Under the pieces are notes generated by a model that did not search any database, was not told the origin of the DNA, and saw nothing but the letters and a program-made list of their open reading frames with translations. Both the position numbers and the translations under genes were made by a program. A DNA stretch of 64,000 bases from the NCBI GenBank assembly GCA_963816395.1, contig CAWFKQ010000010.1, positions 128,001-192,000 on the forward strand. Reading direction: 5' to 3'. Positions within the stretch are counted from its first letter, which is position 1, and each line of letters begins with the position of its first letter. The DNA is from an uncultured delta proteobacterium (GTDB lineage Bacteria; Desulfobacterota; Desulfuromonadia; Desulfuromonadales; JACZKF01). Shown piece by piece: positions 1 through 18,940 of this stretch.

Positions 1-1
1 C

Positions 2-1732
2 CCATCCACGGAATTCGGGGAACTGGCCCTGGGACAGAATGTGCTGGTCGCCTTCATGCCCTGGGAAGGATACAACTTCGAGGATTCCATCCTCATCTCC
101 GAGAAGCTGGTCAAGGAGGACCGCTACACCTCTATCCACATCGAAGAGTTCGAATGCGTAGCCCGCGATACCAAGCTCGGCAAGGAGGAGATCACCGACG
201 ATATCCCCAATCTCGGTGAGGATTCCCTCAAGGACCTGGACGAGAGCGGCATTATCCGCATCGGCGCCGAAGTGAAGCCAGGCGACATCATGGTTGGCAA
301 GATCACTCCCAAGGGGGAAACTCAGCTCTCCCCGGAGGAGAAGCTGCTGCGGGCCATTTTCGGTGAAAAGGCCGGCGACGTTCGCGATACATCCCTGCGC
401 GTGCCGCCGGGAGTGGAGGGAGTGGTGATCGGCGCCCGTGTTTTCTCCCGCAAGGGGGCGGACAAGGACAGCCGAACCGAGCTCATCGAACGCGCCGAAA
501 TTGATAAGCTGCGCAAGGACGAGGCCGATGAGATCCGCATTATCCGCGACTCCGCCCGCAGCAAGCTGACTGGTCTGCTGATTGGCCAGATCTCCGCCGT
601 GGCGGTGACCGACCCGGCTGGCGAGGTGCTGCTGGGCAAGGGGAAAAAGATTACCGAAGAATCACTGGCCAGGACTCCTTTCCAGCAATGGAAGGAGCTC
701 TCCCTGAGCAAAGCCGAAGAAATCGAAGAGAAGGTAGCCAATATCTTCGCCCGTCTTGCAGAGCGTGAAGAGCTGATTCGCGCCGTCTTCGACGACAAGG
801 TGGAAAAGCTCAAGCGTGGCGACGACTTGCCGCCAGGCGTCATCAAGATGGTGAAAGTCTATATCGCCATCAAGCGCAAACTCTCGGTCGGCGACAAAAT
901 GGCCGGCCGGCACGGCAACAAGGGGGTCCTCTCGCGCATCCTGCCCGAGGAGGACATGCCGTACATGGAAGACGGCACCCCGGTGGAGATCGTCCTCAAT
1001 CCTCTCGGCGTTCCCTCCCGTATGAACGTCGGTCAGATCCTCGAGACCCATCTGGGGCTGGCTGCCCGGGGTCTGGGGCTGCAGATCCAGCAAGTGTTGG
1101 AGAAGAATTCCGGGTCGGCGGCGCTGAAGACGAAAATGAAGGAAATTTACGGGACTAAGGAGATGGGCCGGTTCATCGACAGCCTGAACGAAGACGAGGT
1201 ACTCACCCTGAGCCGCCGGCTTTCCCGTGGCATCCCGATGGCTTCCCCGGTTTTTGAGGGGGTCAATGAAGAACAGATGAAAGCGGAAATGGCCCGGGCC
1301 GGCTTCGTCACCAGCGGCCAGATGACTCTCTACAACGGCAAGAACGGTGAAGCCTTCAAGGAGAAGGTGACCGTCGGGGTCATGTACATGCTCAAGCTGC
1401 ACCACCTGGTCGATGACAAGATTCATGCCCGCTCGATCGGTCCCTACAGCCTGGTCACCCAGCAGCCGCTGGGGGGCAAGGCGCAGTTCGGCGGCCAGCG
1501 ACTCGGCGAGATGGAGGTCTGGGCCATGGAAGCCTACGGCGCCGCCCACGCCCTGCAGGAGTTCCTTACCGTCAAGTCGGACGACGTGGCCGGGCGTACC
1601 CGGATCTATGAGGCCATCGTCAAGGGCAAGCACACCCTGGAGGCCGGCCTGCCCGAGTCCTTCAACGTGCTGATCAAGGAACTGCAGTCCCTCTGTCTTG
1701 ACGTGGAACTCCTGGAAGAGGAAGAAGAGTAA
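2..1732 (+). CDS. rpoB: RNA polymerase beta subunit, 5'-truncated by the window edge
   Basis: Motifs [34 protein letters not shown]; the frame is open from base 2 ([13 protein letters not shown]). Confidence 0.99.
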   Translation, partial: PSTEFGELALGQNVLVAFMPWEGYNFEDSILISEKLVKEDRYTSIHIEEFECVARDTKLGKEEITDDIPNLGEDSLKDLDESGIIRIGAEVKPGDIMVGKITPKGETQLSPEEKLLRAIFGEKAGDVRDTSLRVPPGVEGVVIGARVFSRKGADKDSRTELIERAEIDKLRKDEADEIRIIRDSARSKLTGLLIGQISAVAVTDPAGEVLLGKGKKITEESLARTPFQQWKELSLSKAEEIEEKVANIFARLAEREELIRAVFDDKVEKLKRGDDLPPGVIKMVKVYIAIKRKLSVGDKMAGRHGNKGVLSRILPEEDMPYMEDGTPVEIVLNPLGVPSRMNVGQILETHLGLAARGLGLQIQQVLEKNSGSAALKTKMKEIYGTKEMGRFIDSLNEDEVLTLSRRLSRGIPMASPVFEGVNEEQMKAEMARAGFVTSGQMTLYNGKNGEAFKEKVTVGVMYMLKLHHLVDDKIHARSIGPYSLVTQQPLGGKAQFGGQRLGEMEVWAMEAYGAAHALQEFLTVKSDDVAGRTRIYEAIVKGKHTLEAGLPESFNVLIKELQSLCLDVELLEEEEE

Positions 1733-1762
1733 ACGAACGTCATCCCACAAGGAGGATGTGCC

Positions 1763-5953
<4,191 letters not shown>

Positions 5954-6002
5954 GGATCTGCTTCTCCGTCAGGAAAAATCGTATTCAAGAGAGAAAAACA
6001 GC

Positions 6003-6031
6003 TTGACAAGGGGCGGGCGGATTGATAGATT
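6003..6031 (+). promoter_or_regulatory. sigma70-type promoter upstream of rpsL
   Basis: TTGACA (6003-6008), 17 bp spacer, TAGATT (6026-6031) preceded by TGn extended -10. Confidence 0.75.
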
Positions 6032-6102
6032 CAGCGGGTTTTCCCCTACTGTAAGCTCTTTCGCTCTTTAATCCTACGAATAGTGATTTCGGGAGTATGT
6101 AG

Positions 6103-6474
6103 ATGCCGACTATAAATCAGTTGATCCGCAAGGGACGCGAAAAAAAGGTGAGCAAGTCCACGGCACCGGCGCTGAAGGGGAATCCCCAAAAGCGCGGGGT
6201 ATGTACCCGCGTCTACACGACCACCCCCAAGAAGCCGAACTCGGCGCTGCGCAAGGTGGCGCGTGTGCGTCTGACCAACGGGATTGTCGTTACCTCCTAT
6301 ATCCCCGGTGTTGGCCACAACCTGCAGGAGCACTCGGTGGTCCTGATTCGGGGCGGCCGCGTCAAGGACCTGCCGGGTGTGCGTTATCACATTATTCGCG
6401 GTACCCTGGATCTCGCTGGTGTCAAGGGGCGGATGCAGAGCCGTTCGAAATACGGCGCCAAGCGGCCGAAATAA
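6103..6474 (+). CDS. rpsL: 30S ribosomal protein S12
   Basis: [32 protein letters not shown]. Confidence 0.99.
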   Translation: MPTINQLIRKGREKKVSKSTAPALKGNPQKRGVCTRVYTTTPKKPNSALRKVARVRLTNGIVVTSYIPGVGHNLQEHSVVLIRGGRVKDLPGVRYHIIRGTLDLAGVKGRMQSRSKYGAKRPK

Positions 6475-6494
6475 TCGGAGCCTGAGAGGACGTT

Positions 6495-6965
6495 ATGCCG
6501 AGAAGAAGAGAAGTTGCCAAGCGGGTCATCCTTCCCGATCCCAAATTTGACGATCGCCTGTTGGCGAAGTTCATGAACTGCATCATGCTGGATGGCAAGA
6601 AGAGCACGGCCGAGCAGATCGTCTATGGCGCCTTCGACCTGATCGCCAGCCGCACCAGCGAAGAGCCCATCGCCATTTTCAAGAAGGCGATGGATAATGT
6701 GCGGCCGCTGCTGGAAGTCAAGTCCCGGCGCGTCGGCGGGTCAACTTATCAGGTGCCTGTGGAGGTGCGCTCGGACCGCCGTAATGCCCTGGCGATCCGC
6801 TGGATCATGACCTATGCCCGCGCCCGCGGTGAAAAGACCATGCAGGAACGTCTGGCCGGTGAACTCCTCGATGCTGCCAACAACCGCGGCGCTTCGGTCA
6901 AGAAGAAGGAAGATACGCACCGGATGGCCGAGGCCAACAAGGCTTTCGCTCATTATCGCTGGTAA
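6495..6965 (+). CDS. rpsG: 30S ribosomal protein S7
   Basis: [33 protein letters not shown]. Confidence 0.99.
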   Translation: MPRRREVAKRVILPDPKFDDRLLAKFMNCIMLDGKKSTAEQIVYGAFDLIASRTSEEPIAIFKKAMDNVRPLLEVKSRRVGGSTYQVPVEVRSDRRNALAIRWIMTYARARGEKTMQERLAGELLDAANNRGASVKKKEDTHRMAEANKAFAHYRW

Positions 6966-7006
6966 CCGGGATCGACTGAAGCAGATCCCCTGGAAGGAAT
7001 ATAGTT

Positions 7007-9087
<2,081 letters not shown>

Positions 9088-9104
9088 CCTGAGGAGGCTA
9101 TCCC

Positions 9105-10305
9105 ATGTCTAAAGCGAAATTTGAAAGAACCAAGCCCCATGTCAACATCGGGACTATTGGCCACGTTGACCATGGCAAGACGACCCTGACGGCCGCCATC
9201 ACCAAAGTCATGGCCTCCAAGGGTTTGGCCGAATTCAAGGCCTTCGATGCGATCGACAACGCTCCGGAGGAGCGGGAGCGCGGGATCACCATCGCCACTG
9301 CCCACGTTGAATATTCGACCGAGAAGCGGCACTACGCGCATGTGGACTGCCCGGGCCACGCCGACTACGTGAAGAACATGATCACCGGGGCGGCGCAGAT
9401 GGACGGAGCGATCCTGGTGGTGAGCGCCGCGGACGGGCCGATGCCGCAGACCCGCGAGCACATCCTGCTGGCGCGCCAGGTCGGGGTGCCCGCCATGGTG
9501 GTGTTTCTGAACAAAGCCGACATGGTGGACGACGCCGAGCTGATGGAGTTGGTCGAGCTGGAAGTGCGCGAGCTGCTCTCGATGTATGAGTTCCCCGGGG
9601 ATGAGATTCCGATCACCGCGGGCAGCGCCCTCAAGGCGCTGGAGTGCGGCTGCGGCAAGGCCGAGTGCAGCGCCTGCAAGCCGATTCTGGATCTGATGGA
9701 TAGCGTGGACAGCTACATTCCGCTGCCCGAGCGGCCCATCGACCGGCCTTTCCTGATGCCGGTGGAGGACGTGTTCTCCATCTCCGGGCGCGGCACGGTG
9801 GCCACCGGGCGCATCGAGCGCGGGGTGGTCAAGGTGGGCGAAGAAGTGGAGATCGTCGGCATGAAGGCGACCACCAAGACGGTGGTGACCGGGGTGGAGA
9901 TGTTCCGCAAGCTGCTCGATCAAGGGCAGGCCGGCGACAACGTCGGTGTTCTGCTGCGCGGCGTCAAGCGCGAAGACATCGAGCGCGGGCAGGTTCTGGC
10001 TAAGCCGGGCAGCATCACCCCGCATACGCAGGTTCAAGGCCGAGGCCTACGTTCTGACCAAGGAGGAGGGCGGTCGCCATACGCCGTTCTTCAAGGGCTA
10101 CCGGCCGCAGTTTTATTTCCGCACCACGGACGTGACCGGGATGGTGGAGCTGCCGGAAGGGGTGGAGATGGTGATGCCCGGGGACAACATCAGCATGACG
10201 GTGAACCTGATCACCCCGATCGCCATGGACAAAGAGTTGCGTTTCGCCATCCGCGAGGGCGGCCGTACCGTCGGCGCCGGCGTCGTTAGCGAGATCATCG
10301 AGTAA
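9105..10305 (+). CDS. tuf: Elongation factor Tu (+1 frameshift ~10029)
   Basis: [21 protein letters not shown]; the C-terminus [20 protein letters not shown]...[10 protein letters not shown] is in the shifted frame. Confidence 0.98.
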
Positions 10306-10324
10306 AGACAAGAGGGATATCCGC

Positions 10325-10633
10325 ATGTCCAGCCAAAAGATCAGAATCCGTTTGAAGGCGTATGACCACAAGCTGCTCGACCTTTCGGTCAACGAGATCG
10401 TCGATACGGCCAAACGCACCGGCGCCCGGGTTGCCGGTCCGATCCCCTTGCCGACGGTGATCAACCGCTATACCGTCCTGCGCGGCCCGCACATCGATAA
10501 AAAGAGCCGGGAGCAGTTTGAGATGCGCACTCACAAACGCCTGCTCGACATCGTCGAGCCGACCCAGCAGACAGTGGACGCCCTGATGAAGCTCGATTTG
10601 TCCGCCGGGGTGGATGTGGAAATTAAGCTGTAG
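10325..10633 (+). CDS. rpsJ: 30S ribosomal protein S10
   Basis: [19 protein letters not shown]. Confidence 0.99.
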   Translation: MSSQKIRIRLKAYDHKLLDLSVNEIVDTAKRTGARVAGPIPLPTVINRYTVLRGPHIDKKSREQFEMRTHKRLLDIVEPTQQTVDALMKLDLSAGVDVEIKL

Positions 10634-10669
10634 GCCCCCCAAAAAAATCGGATACAAGGGATACGTGCA

Positions 10670-11305
10670 ATGATAAAGGGAATTCTGGGTAAGAAGCTGG
10701 GGATGACCCAGGTCTTCGCCATCGACGGCAGGCGGATTCCGGTAACGGTGGTTGAAGCCGGGCCGTGCGTTGTCTTGCAGAAGAAGACCGTTGAAACCGA
10801 CGGCTACAACGCCATTCAGGTCGGGTTCGGCGGCCGCAAGGCCCATCGGGTGAACAAACCGGAAATGGGCCACTTCCGCCAGGTCGGCAAAGGCGCTTTC
10901 GCCTATCTGCGCGAAATGCGGGCGGAAAACGTCGATGATTATAATGTCGGGGACGAAATTACCTGTGCTGTTTTTGCCGGCGGCGATATGGTCGATGTCA
11001 CGGCTACCAGCAAAGGCAAAGGTTTCCAGGGGGTCATCAAGCGCTGGAATTTCTCCGGCGGCCGCGCCACCCACGGTTCCATGTTCCATCGGGCTCCCGG
11101 TTCCATCGGCGCCAGCGCCTGGCCTTCCCGGGTTTTCAAGGGGAAAAAGATGGCTGGCCAGATGGGTAATGCCCGGGTCACGACGCAGAACCTGCAGATT
11201 GTCGAGGTGCGCCCGGAGGAGAACCTCATACTGGTCAAAGGTGCCGTTCCGGGGCCGAAAAACGGCCTGGTGCTGATCCGTCAGGCGGTTAAAGCCAAGA
11301 AGTAG
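10670..11305 (+). CDS. rplC: 50S ribosomal protein L3
   Basis: [22 protein letters not shown]. Confidence 0.99.
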   Translation: MIKGILGKKLGMTQVFAIDGRRIPVTVVEAGPCVVLQKKTVETDGYNAIQVGFGGRKAHRVNKPEMGHFRQVGKGAFAYLREMRAENVDDYNVGDEITCAVFAGGDMVDVTATSKGKGFQGVIKRWNFSGGRATHGSMFHRAPGSIGASAWPSRVFKGKKMAGQMGNARVTTQNLQIVEVRPEENLILVKGAVPGPKNGLVLIRQAVKAKK

Positions 11306-11334
11306 CTTCAGCAAAGGTATTCGGGAGACAGATC

Positions 11335-11955
11335 ATGGCTAAGATCGCAGTTTTCGATATCAATCGGCAGCAGGTTGCTGAGCGGGAACTGGCGGACGAC
11401 ATTTTCAATGTCGATGTCAAAGTTTACCTGATCCACGATATGGTTCGCTATCAGCTGGCGGCGCGTCGTCAGGGGACTGCCTGCAGCAAGGGCCGCAGCG
11501 ACGTTTCCGGCGGTGGCCGCAAGCCGTACAAACAGAAAGGCACCGGCAATGCCCGTCAGGGGAGCATTCGGGCGCCGCACTTCGTCGGCGGCGGGCAGGC
11601 TTTCGGCCCGCATCCCCGGGATTATCGTTTCAAGCTTAACCGCAAAGTGAAAAAAGCGGCCCTGCGCAGCGCCCTTTCGGTGCGGCTTAAAGAAGAAAAA
11701 CTGACCGTCCTCAATGCTCTGAACCTGGACACGATCAGCACCAAGAGCTTTACCGAAGTACTCAAGCGGTTTGAATTGGCGGGTACCCTGGTGGTTATCG
11801 ATGGGGCCAATCCCCAGGTCGAATTGTCGGCACGTAACCTCTCCAATGTCAAGGTACTGCGGGCTGAAGGGGTAAACGTCTACGATGTGATGAAGTACCC
11901 GAACCTGCTGCTTACTGAGGGAGCCGTGTCTCAGCTGGAAGGAGCCTTAGCATGA
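11335..11955 (+). CDS. rplD: 50S ribosomal protein L4
   Basis: [15 protein letters not shown]. Confidence 0.99.
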   Translation: MAKIAVFDINRQQVAERELADDIFNVDVKVYLIHDMVRYQLAARRQGTACSKGRSDVSGGGRKPYKQKGTGNARQGSIRAPHFVGGGQAFGPHPRDYRFKLNRKVKKAALRSALSVRLKEEKLTVLNALNLDTISTKSFTEVLKRFELAGTLVVIDGANPQVELSARNLSNVKVLRAEGVNVYDVMKYPNLLLTEGAVSQLEGALA

Positions 11956-12239
11956 AGCCGCTGCATCAGATCATCAAAAAACCGTTGATCACGGAAAAAT
12001 CGAGCCAGCAGAAGGAGGCCGCGCAGGTGGTTGCCTTCGAAGTCTCCCGGGATGCTAATAAAATAGAGATCAAACAGGCGGTGGAGAAGGCGTTCGATGT
12101 GAAGGTAGCAAACGTCAATACCGTTCTCATCGCCGGCAAGGTGAAGCGCGTTGGCCGGCAGTTCGGCAAACGGTCCAACCGGAAGAAGGCCTATGTGACC
12201 CTTGCCGAGGGGAACAACATCGATTTCTTCGGCGTTTAA
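11952..12239 (+). CDS. rplW: 50S ribosomal protein L23
   Basis: [25 protein letters not shown]. Confidence 0.99.
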   Translation: MKPLHQIIKKPLITEKSSQQKEAAQVVAFEVSRDANKIEIKQAVEKAFDVKVANVNTVLIAGKVKRVGRQFGKRSNRKKAYVTLAEGNNIDFFGV

Positions 12240-12273
12240 ACCGACTGTAATACCGCGATACGGAGTGAGCAGA

Positions 12274-13101
12274 ATGGCGATTAAAAAATACAAACCGACC
12301 TCCCCGGGCCGCCGTCATATGACCGGCGCCACCTTCGAGGAGGTGACGACTTCCACCCCCGAGAAGTCGCTGACGGTACCGCTGAAACGGGCTTCCGGCC
12401 GCAATAATTATGGACGGATCACCAAAAGGCACACCGGTGGCGGGCACAAACGCAAGTACCGGATCATCGATTTCCGGCGGGAGAAGAAGGAAATTCCGGC
12501 CCGGGTCGTATCCATCGAATATGACCCTAATCGCTCAGCGCGGATTGCCCTGCTCAGCTATGCCGATGGTGAAAAGCGTTATATCCTGGCGCCCGTTGGG
12601 CTCAATGTCGGCGAGAACGTGATCGCCAGCGAATCCGCCGATATCAAGCCTGGCAACGCCATGGCCATTCGCTCCATCCCTCTTGGTACCTGGGTGCACA
12701 ACATCGAGCTGAAGGTCGGCAAGGGGGGGCAGCTGGCCCGCAGTGCTGGCACTTACGCGATGATTGCCGCCAAGGAAGGGAAATACGCCCAACTGCGACT
12801 TCCCTCGGGTGAGGTGCGGCTGGTCCTGCAGGATTGCTGTGCCACCATTGGACAGGTAGGGAACCAGGACCATGAGAACATCAAAATCGGCAAGGCCGGC
12901 CGCAATCGTTGGCTCGGTAAACGACCCCAGTCGCGGGGTGTGGCGATGAACCCCGTCGATCATCCGCACGGCGGCGGCGAGGGGAAAAGCTCCGGTGGCC
13001 GGCACCCGGTCACCCCGTGGGGGGTCCCGACCAAGGGCTATAAGACCCGTGTCAATAAGCGGACCGACACCTTCATTGTGCGCCGTAAGGACAAGAAGTA
13101 A
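12274..13101 (+). CDS. rplB: 50S ribosomal protein L2
   Basis: [14 protein letters not shown] start at 12274; [13 protein letters not shown]. Confidence 0.99.
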   Translation: MAIKKYKPTSPGRRHMTGATFEEVTTSTPEKSLTVPLKRASGRNNYGRITKRHTGGGHKRKYRIIDFRREKKEIPARVVSIEYDPNRSARIALLSYADGEKRYILAPVGLNVGENVIASESADIKPGNAMAIRSIPLGTWVHNIELKVGKGGQLARSAGTYAMIAAKEGKYAQLRLPSGEVRLVLQDCCATIGQVGNQDHENIKIGKAGRNRWLGKRPQSRGVAMNPVDHPHGGGEGKSSGGRHPVTPWGVPTKGYKTRVNKRTDTFIVRRKDKK

Positions 13102-13130
13102 AGATTTCAGTTTCGATAGAGGAGACGGCA

Positions 13131-13415
13131 GTGGCGAGATCGATCAAAAAAGGGCCGTACATCGAAGAGAGCCTGCTTCGCAAGGTGGACGTGGAGAGTG
13201 GGCCGAGCAGCAAGAAGGTCATTAAGACCTGGTCCCGGCGTTCCACCATTATCCCCGAGTTTGTCGGGCACACCTTTGCTGTCCATAACGGCAAGAAATT
13301 CATCCCGGTGTTTGTCACCGAGAACATGGTGGGGCACAAACTCGGCGAGTTCGCTCCGACCCGGACCTACTACGGTCATGGCTCCGACAAGAAGAGCAAG
13401 CTCAAGAAGAAATAG
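13131..13415 (+). CDS. rpsS: 30S ribosomal protein S19
   Basis: [26 protein letters not shown]. Confidence 0.99.
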   Translation: MARSIKKGPYIEESLLRKVDVESGPSSKKVIKTWSRRSTIIPEFVGHTFAVHNGKKFIPVFVTENMVGHKLGEFAPTRTYYGHGSDKKSKLKKK

Positions 13416-13438
13416 CATTTCGTTAAGGAGTTTCGTTC

Positions 13439-13772
13439 ATGGAAGCCAGAGCCAAGCTGAGTTTCGCGCGCCTCTCTCCGCAGAAGACGCGCCTGGTGGT
13501 TGATATGGTACGCGGCAAAAGAGTGCAGGAGGTGATGAATATCCTCAGGTTCTCTCCCCAGAAGGCCGCTGCAGTGGTCTCCAAGCTGGTGAGTTCGGCC
13601 GTTGCCAACGCTGAGCAGAAGGGGGTTTCCGACGTCGACCGGCTCTACGTGAAAGCCGATCACAGTCGATCAGGGCCCGGTGTTGCGCCGTTTTCTGCCG
13701 CGCGCCCAAGGGCGGGCGACCAAGATCCGCAAGCCGACCAGCCACATAACCGTCGTTCTCGACGAAAAATAA
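13439..13772 (+). CDS. rplV: 50S ribosomal protein L22 (+1 frameshift ~13657)
   Basis: N-terminus [14 protein letters not shown]; the shifted frame reads [41 protein letters not shown]. Confidence 0.96.
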
Positions 13773-13791
13773 TTTTAGAGGAGGTGATAGT

Positions 13792-14427
13792 TTGGGCCAG
13801 AAAGTTCATCCGATAGGATTTCGTTTGGGGGTCGTTAAGACCTGGGAGTCGAAGTGGTATGCAGAAGGGGATTTCTCCAAGCTGCTCCATGAAGACATCA
13901 AGTTACGCGACTATCTCAAGAAGCGGCTGTATCATGCCGGTATCTCCAAAATAGAGATGGAGCGGGCGGCCAACAAGGCCAAGATCAACATCTACGCCGC
14001 ACGTCCTGGGATCATTATCGGTAAGAAGGGTTCCGAGGTTGAGGCCCTGAAGAAAGAGCTGGCCAAACTCACCGACAAAGAAGTTTTCATTAATATCCAG
14101 GAAGTCCGGAAGCCGGAGATCGATGCCCAACTGGTGGCCGAGAACGTCGCTCTTCAACTGGAGCGCCGGGTCGCTTTCCGCCGGGCCATGAAGAAGGCGG
14201 TCAGCATGGCCCTCAAGTTCGGCGCTCAGGGGATCAAGATCAACTGCAGCGGCCGCCTGGGCGGCGCCGAGATGAGTCGGACCGAATGGTACCGCGAAGG
14301 TCGAGTGCCCCTGCACACCCTGCGCGCCGATATCGATTACGGGTTCGCCGAGGCGAAAACCACTTACGGTATTATCGGCGTCAAGGTGCTCATCTTTAAG
14401 GGCGAGATCCTTGCCCGGGAACAATAA
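13792..14427 (+). CDS. rpsC: 30S ribosomal protein S3
   Basis: [26 protein letters not shown]. Confidence 0.99.
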   Translation: MGQKVHPIGFRLGVVKTWESKWYAEGDFSKLLHEDIKLRDYLKKRLYHAGISKIEMERAANKAKINIYAARPGIIIGKKGSEVEALKKELAKLTDKEVFINIQEVRKPEIDAQLVAENVALQLERRVAFRRAMKKAVSMALKFGAQGIKINCSGRLGGAEMSRTEWYREGRVPLHTLRADIDYGFAEAKTTYGIIGVKVLIFKGEILAREQ

Positions 14428-14445
14428 GGAGCGGAGTACACTGCC

Positions 14446-14871
14446 ATGTTGATGCCTAAGAAGGTTAAACATAGAAAACAGTTCAAGGGGCGCATGACCG
14501 GTGCAGCAAACCGCGGTGCCGATCTCAACTTCGGCGACTACGGCCTGCAGGCTCTCGAATGTGGTTGGCTCTCCTCGCGGCAGATCGAGGCTGCTCGTCG
14601 CGCCATGACCCGTTATATCAAGCGCGGTGGTAAGATCTGGATTCGAATTTTCCCCGATAAGTCGCTTACCCGCAAGCCAGCCGAAACCCGTATGGGAAAA
14701 GGCAAGGGCTCACCGGAGAGCTGGGTGGCGGTAATCCGACCCGGTATGGTGCTCTACGAAATGCAGGGGGTTGAGGAGAGCGTAGCCCGCGAGGCGCTTC
14801 GGTTGGCTGCTCATAAACTGCCGGTGCAGACCAGGTTTGTTCTCAGGGAGGAGGCCGCCCATGAAGGCTGA
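14446..14871 (+). CDS. rplP: 50S ribosomal protein L16
   Basis: [18 protein letters not shown]. Confidence 0.99.
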   Translation: MLMPKKVKHRKQFKGRMTGAANRGADLNFGDYGLQALECGWLSSRQIEAARRAMTRYIKRGGKIWIRIFPDKSLTRKPAETRMGKGKGSPESWVAVIRPGMVLYEMQGVEESVAREALRLAAHKLPVQTRFVLREEAAHEG

Positions 14872-15049
14872 TGAATTGCGGGATCTCAGCGTCGAGGAAT
14901 TGCAGAAAAGAACCGATGAGCTCAATCAGGAGCTGTTCAATCTGAGGTTCCAGCTGCATACCGGCCATCTGGAGAATTCCGCACGAATCCCCAGGGTCCG
15001 TAAGGACATCGCCCGGGTAAAAACCATCCTGCGGCAAAAGCAGGGATAA
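14861..15049 (+). CDS. rpmC: 50S ribosomal protein L29
   Basis: MKADELR...ELFNLRFQ...[17 protein letters not shown]. Confidence 0.97.
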   Translation: MKADELRDLSVEELQKRTDELNQELFNLRFQLHTGHLENSARIPRVRKDIARVKTILRQKQG

Positions 15050-15069
15050 CGTGGATGGATGAGGACGCT

Positions 15070-15336
15070 ATGACGACGGTGCGTGGAAATCGGAAAACCC
15101 GGGTCGGTATTGTGATCAGCGACAAAATGGACAAGACCGTAGTGGTCAAGGTCGATCAGCTGGTCAAGCACCCGCTTTATGAAAAATACATCCAGCGCAG
15201 GGTGACCTGCAAGGCGCACGACGAGAACAACAGTTGTTCCGTCGGCGACAAGGTGCTGATCGTGGAGACCCGACCGCTGTCGCGCGACAAGCGCTGGCGG
15301 GTCCGCGAGATTCTCGAGAAGAATGTTGTTGTCTAG
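15070..15336 (+). CDS. rpsQ: 30S ribosomal protein S17
   Basis: [21 protein letters not shown]. Confidence 0.98.
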   Translation: MTTVRGNRKTRVGIVISDKMDKTVVVKVDQLVKHPLYEKYIQRRVTCKAHDENNSCSVGDKVLIVETRPLSRDKRWRVREILEKNVVV

Positions 15337-15348
15337 GAGATACAAGTC

Positions 15349-15717
15349 ATGATTCAGATGCAGACGATGCTTGATGTTGCGGACAACTCCGGTGCCCGGA
15401 GGCTCTGCTGCATCAAGGTGCTCGGCGGCTCCAAGAGAAAATACGCCGGACTTGGGGATATCATCATCTGCTCCGTTAAGGAGGCTCTGCCCAATTCCAA
15501 GGTGAAGAAGGGGGATGTGGTGCGCGCCGTCATCGTCAGAACGGCCAAGGAAGTCCCCCGCCCGGATGGGTCCTGCATCCGCTTCGACAAAAATTCCGCG
15601 GTTGTCGTCAATGCGGCCGGGGAACCGGTGGGAACCCGTATTTTCGGTCCTGTGGCACGCGAACTGCGCGCCCGGAAGTTCATGAAAATCGTATCGCTGG
15701 CGCCGGAAGTCCTTTAA
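15349..15717 (+). CDS. rplN: 50S ribosomal protein L14
   Basis: [26 protein letters not shown]. Confidence 0.99.
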   Translation: MIQMQTMLDVADNSGARRLCCIKVLGGSKRKYAGLGDIIICSVKEALPNSKVKKGDVVRAVIVRTAKEVPRPDGSCIRFDKNSAVVVNAAGEPVGTRIFGPVARELRARKFMKIVSLAPEVL

Positions 15718-15740
15718 ATCGATTCGGGAGAATGGAAGAC

Positions 15741-16070
15741 ATGGCGGCAAGGAAAATTCATGTCAAAAAAAATGACATGGTTACGGTCATAGCTGGCAAA
15801 GAGAAGGGCAAGTCGGGGAAAGTCCTCTGCGTTTTCGCCGAAAAGGGGCGGGTGCTTGTGGAGAACCTGAACAAGGTCAAACGGCACACCCGGCCCACCC
15901 GCACCAATGCCCAGGGCGGCATCATCGAAAAGGAAGCACCGCTGGATGCCTCCAATGTCCTGCTGCTGTGTGCAGGTTGTAACAAGCCGACCCGGACCGG
16001 GATACGCACTCTGGAAGATGGCAGCAAGGCTCGCTTTTGCAAGAAATGCAACGAGATTTTGGATAAATAA
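15741..16070 (+). CDS. rplX: 50S ribosomal protein L24
   Basis: KOW motif [21 protein letters not shown]. Confidence 0.98.
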   Translation: MAARKIHVKKNDMVTVIAGKEKGKSGKVLCVFAEKGRVLVENLNKVKRHTRPTRTNAQGGIIEKEAPLDASNVLLLCAGCNKPTRTGIRTLEDGSKARFCKKCNEILDK

Positions 16071-16081
16071 GGGAGAATTCC

Positions 16082-16621
16082 ATGGCCAGAATGAAAGAAA
16101 TCTACCAGGCCGAGCTCGTTCCCCAGCTCAAAAAGGACCTGCAGCTGAAGAACGTGATGGAAGTCCCCCGGGTGGAGAAGGTGATCGTCAATATGGGCCT
16201 GGGTGAGGCGATTCAGAACATCAAGGTTCTCGAATCGGCGGTCGTGGAATTGGGACATATTACCGGGCAGAAGGCAGTGGTGACCAAGGCCAAAAAATCG
16301 ATCGCCAGCTTCAAGCTCCGTGAAGGCATGCCGATCGGTTGCATGGTGACCCTGCGGCGGGACCGAGCTTATGAATTCCTCGATCGCCTGATCAATATTG
16401 CTCTGCCCCGGGTTCGCGATTTCAAAGGAGTCTCACCTAAGGCCTTCGACGGTCGAGGCAATTATACCCTTGGGATTCGCGAGCAACTGATCTTTCCGGA
16501 AGTCGATCTCGATAAGATCGACAAGGTCAAGGGATTGAATGTGACTATCGTCACCACGGCCCGTACGGACGAGGAAGGTCGCGCTCTTCTGGCGGGGCTC
16601 GGAATGCCCTTCAGAAAATAG
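16082..16621 (+). CDS. rplE: 50S ribosomal protein L5
   Basis: [19 protein letters not shown]. Confidence 0.99.
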   Translation: MARMKEIYQAELVPQLKKDLQLKNVMEVPRVEKVIVNMGLGEAIQNIKVLESAVVELGHITGQKAVVTKAKKSIASFKLREGMPIGCMVTLRRDRAYEFLDRLINIALPRVRDFKGVSPKAFDGRGNYTLGIREQLIFPEVDLDKIDKVKGLNVTIVTTARTDEEGRALLAGLGMPFRK

Positions 16622-16645
16622 CTGGCGTCAGAAGCGGAGGATATT

Positions 16646-16831
16646 GTGGCCAAAAAATCGATGATGATCAAAGCCAAACGGCCGAAGAAGTTCGGTGTGC
16701 AGGAGTACAATCGTTGTCCCCTGTGCGGCCGGCCGAGGGCATACTATCGCAAATTCGACATGTGCAGGATTTGTCTGCGCAAGCTGGCATCCGAGGGGAA
16801 AATCCCCGGCGTGACCAAGTCCAGTTGGTAA
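16646..16831 (+). CDS. rpsN: 30S ribosomal protein S14, short Zn-binding (type Z) form
   Basis: 61 aa; CPLC...CRIC; ends PGVTKSSW. Confidence 0.98.
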   Translation: MAKKSMMIKAKRPKKFGVQEYNRCPLCGRPRAYYRKFDMCRICLRKLASEGKIPGVTKSSW

Positions 16832-16852
16832 GAGAAAGAAGGAGCTGCATCC

Positions 16853-17251
16853 ATGGCAATGACTGATCCTATCGCGGACCTTCTGACCCGCATCCGCAAT
16901 GCGGGGATGGCCAAGCACCAGAAGCTGGATATCCCCTCTTCCACCCTTAAGGTTGCGGTGGCGACAGTACTCCGGGATCTTGGCTATATCAAGAATTTCA
17001 AGACCGTCAGCGACGACAAACAGGGGATCCTGAGGATCTACCTCAAGTTCGACGACGACAACCGGCATGTGATCCACGAGATCCGGCGGGTCTCCACCCC
17101 TGGCCGGCGGGTGTATGTCGGCAAGGACGATATCCCCCTGGTCAAGAGCGGTCTTGGGTGCGCCATCATCTCCACTTCCAGGGGGGTTATGGGAGATTCA
17201 GCGGCTCGCGAGGCCCAGGTCGGCGGCGAAATCATCTGTACCATCTGGTAG
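16853..17251 (+). CDS. rpsH: 30S ribosomal protein S8
   Basis: [22 protein letters not shown]. Confidence 0.99.
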   Translation: MAMTDPIADLLTRIRNAGMAKHQKLDIPSSTLKVAVATVLRDLGYIKNFKTVSDDKQGILRIYLKFDDDNRHVIHEIRRVSTPGRRVYVGKDDIPLVKSGLGCAIISTSRGVMGDSAAREAQVGGEIICTIW

Positions 17252-17275
17252 ATCCGGAGGGTAAGGAGTTTAGAC

Positions 17276-17815
17276 ATGTCAAGAATCGGGAAAAAGCCCA
17301 TTCCTATTCCCGCCGGCGTCAAGGTGGCCCTGACCGAAAGGGCGATCAATGTGGAGGGCCCCAAGGGGATCCTCAAGCGGGATATCGCCAGCGGAGTCAG
17401 TGTCATTGTTGAGTCAGACAAGATCCTGATTGATCGGAAGGATGCCAGCAAACAGGCCGATGCCCTGCAGGGGCTGACCCGCACCCTGGTCGCCAATATG
17501 GTCGATGGGGTGACCAAAGGATTTGAAAAAGTCCTGGAGATAAACGGTGTCGGCTATCGGGCGGAGGTGAAGGGGACGATGATCAATCTCTCCCTTGGTT
17601 TTTCCCATCCGGTCGAATATCCGCTTCCTCAGGGGATCAGCGCCGAAGTGGAGAAACAGACCAAGATCACTGTCAAGGGCATCGATAAGGAGCTGGTAGG
17701 GGCGACCGCTGCCAAGATCCGCTCCTTCCGTGGCCCGGAGCCCTACAAAGGGAAGGGGATCAAATACGCCAGCGAGCGGATCCTCCGTAAGGCCGGCAAG
17801 ACCGGCAAGAAATAA
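17276..17815 (+). CDS. rplF: 50S ribosomal protein L6
   Basis: [20 protein letters not shown]. Confidence 0.99.
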   Translation: MSRIGKKPIPIPAGVKVALTERAINVEGPKGILKRDIASGVSVIVESDKILIDRKDASKQADALQGLTRTLVANMVDGVTKGFEKVLEINGVGYRAEVKGTMINLSLGFSHPVEYPLPQGISAEVEKQTKITVKGIDKELVGATAAKIRSFRGPEPYKGKGIKYASERILRKAGKTGKK

Positions 17816-17843
17816 ATAAGTAACCAGGGCAAGGAGAAGGACT

Positions 17844-18212
17844 GTGAACGTCGCGAGCAACAGGCGCCAGGCACGGCAGAAAAGACAAGTGCGGGTCCGC
17901 CGCAAGGTCCGCGGGACCAGCGAGCGTCCGCGGCTGTGCATTTTCCGCAGCGCTAGGCATATTTATGCCCAGATCATCGAGGACGGCAGCGGAATGACCT
18001 TGGTGGCAACCTCCACCCTGGCCAAGAATGTTGCCGAAGGCCGGGGGTACACCGGGAATTTGGAAGCGGCCAAGGCGGTCGGTGCGGACATCGCCCGTCA
18101 GGCCATGGAGAAGAATATCACGCAGGTGGTTTTCGACCGCAACGGCTTTCTTTACCATGGCCGAATCAAGGCGCTTGCCGATGCGGCCCGGGAAGCCGGA
18201 CTGTCTTTTTAG
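17844..18212 (+). CDS. rplR: 50S ribosomal protein L18
   Basis: [20 protein letters not shown]. Confidence 0.99.
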   Translation: MNVASNRRQARQKRQVRVRRKVRGTSERPRLCIFRSARHIYAQIIEDGSGMTLVATSTLAKNVAEGRGYTGNLEAAKAVGADIARQAMEKNITQVVFDRNGFLYHGRIKALADAAREAGLSF

Positions 18213-18223
18213 GGTAAAGGAGA

Positions 18224-18721
18224 ATGTCTTTGCTGCGCATCGATCCCAATGAACTGAATCTTACGGACCGGGTCATTCATATCAACCGCTGTGCCAAGGT
18301 CGTCAAGGGCGGCCGCCGCTTCAGCTTTTCCGCCTTGGTGGTGGTGGGTGACGGCCAGGGGCACGTGGGCTTCGGACTCGGCAAGGCGAGGGAGGTTCCG
18401 GAGGCAATCCGCAAAGGGGTTGAGCAGGCGAAGAAGAGCCTGGTCCGGGTCCCTCTCCGGGAGCGGACCATACCTTTCGACGTGGTTGGTAAATTCGGCG
18501 CCGGCAAGGTGCTCCTGAAACCGGCGTCTGCCGGTACCGGGGTGATCGCCGGCGGCGCTGCCCGAGCCGTTCTGGAGGTCGCCGGTGTCGGCGACATCCT
18601 CTCCAAATGCCTGGGCTCCAATAACCCGCACAATGTGGTGAAGGCGACCATGAACGCTCTGGGCCAGTTGAAGAGTGCCGAAGAGATCATGCGGCGCCGC
18701 GGGATTGCCGTCGGTCAATAA
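18224..18721 (+). CDS. rpsE: 30S ribosomal protein S5
   Basis: [27 protein letters not shown]. Confidence 0.99.
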   Translation: MSLLRIDPNELNLTDRVIHINRCAKVVKGGRRFSFSALVVVGDGQGHVGFGLGKAREVPEAIRKGVEQAKKSLVRVPLRERTIPFDVVGKFGAGKVLLKPASAGTGVIAGGAARAVLEVAGVGDILSKCLGSNNPHNVVKATMNALGQLKSAEEIMRRRGIAVGQ

Positions 18722-18744
18722 ACCGACCTGAGAAGGAGAGAGGC

Positions 18745-18924
18745 ATGGCTGGGCAGATCAAGGTAACACTGCGCAGGAGCGGTATCGGCCGCGAGGAGTA
18801 TTTCACCAGGGTTCTCCGAGGCCTAGGGTTGACCAAGCTGCATCAGACAGTGGTTCTTCCGGACTCGCCGGAAATCCGTGGAATGATTCGCAAGGTCTCC
18901 CATATGGTTTCGGTCGAGGAATGA
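18745..18924 (+). CDS. rpmD: 50S ribosomal protein L30 (absent from the ORF track, 59 aa)
   Basis: Hand translation [68 protein letters not shown]; canonical position. Confidence 0.97.
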   Translation: MAGQIKVTLRRSGIGREEYFTRVLRGLGLTKLHQTVVLPDSPEIRGMIRKVSHMVSVEE

Positions 18925-18940
18925 CATAAGGAATGCGAGC

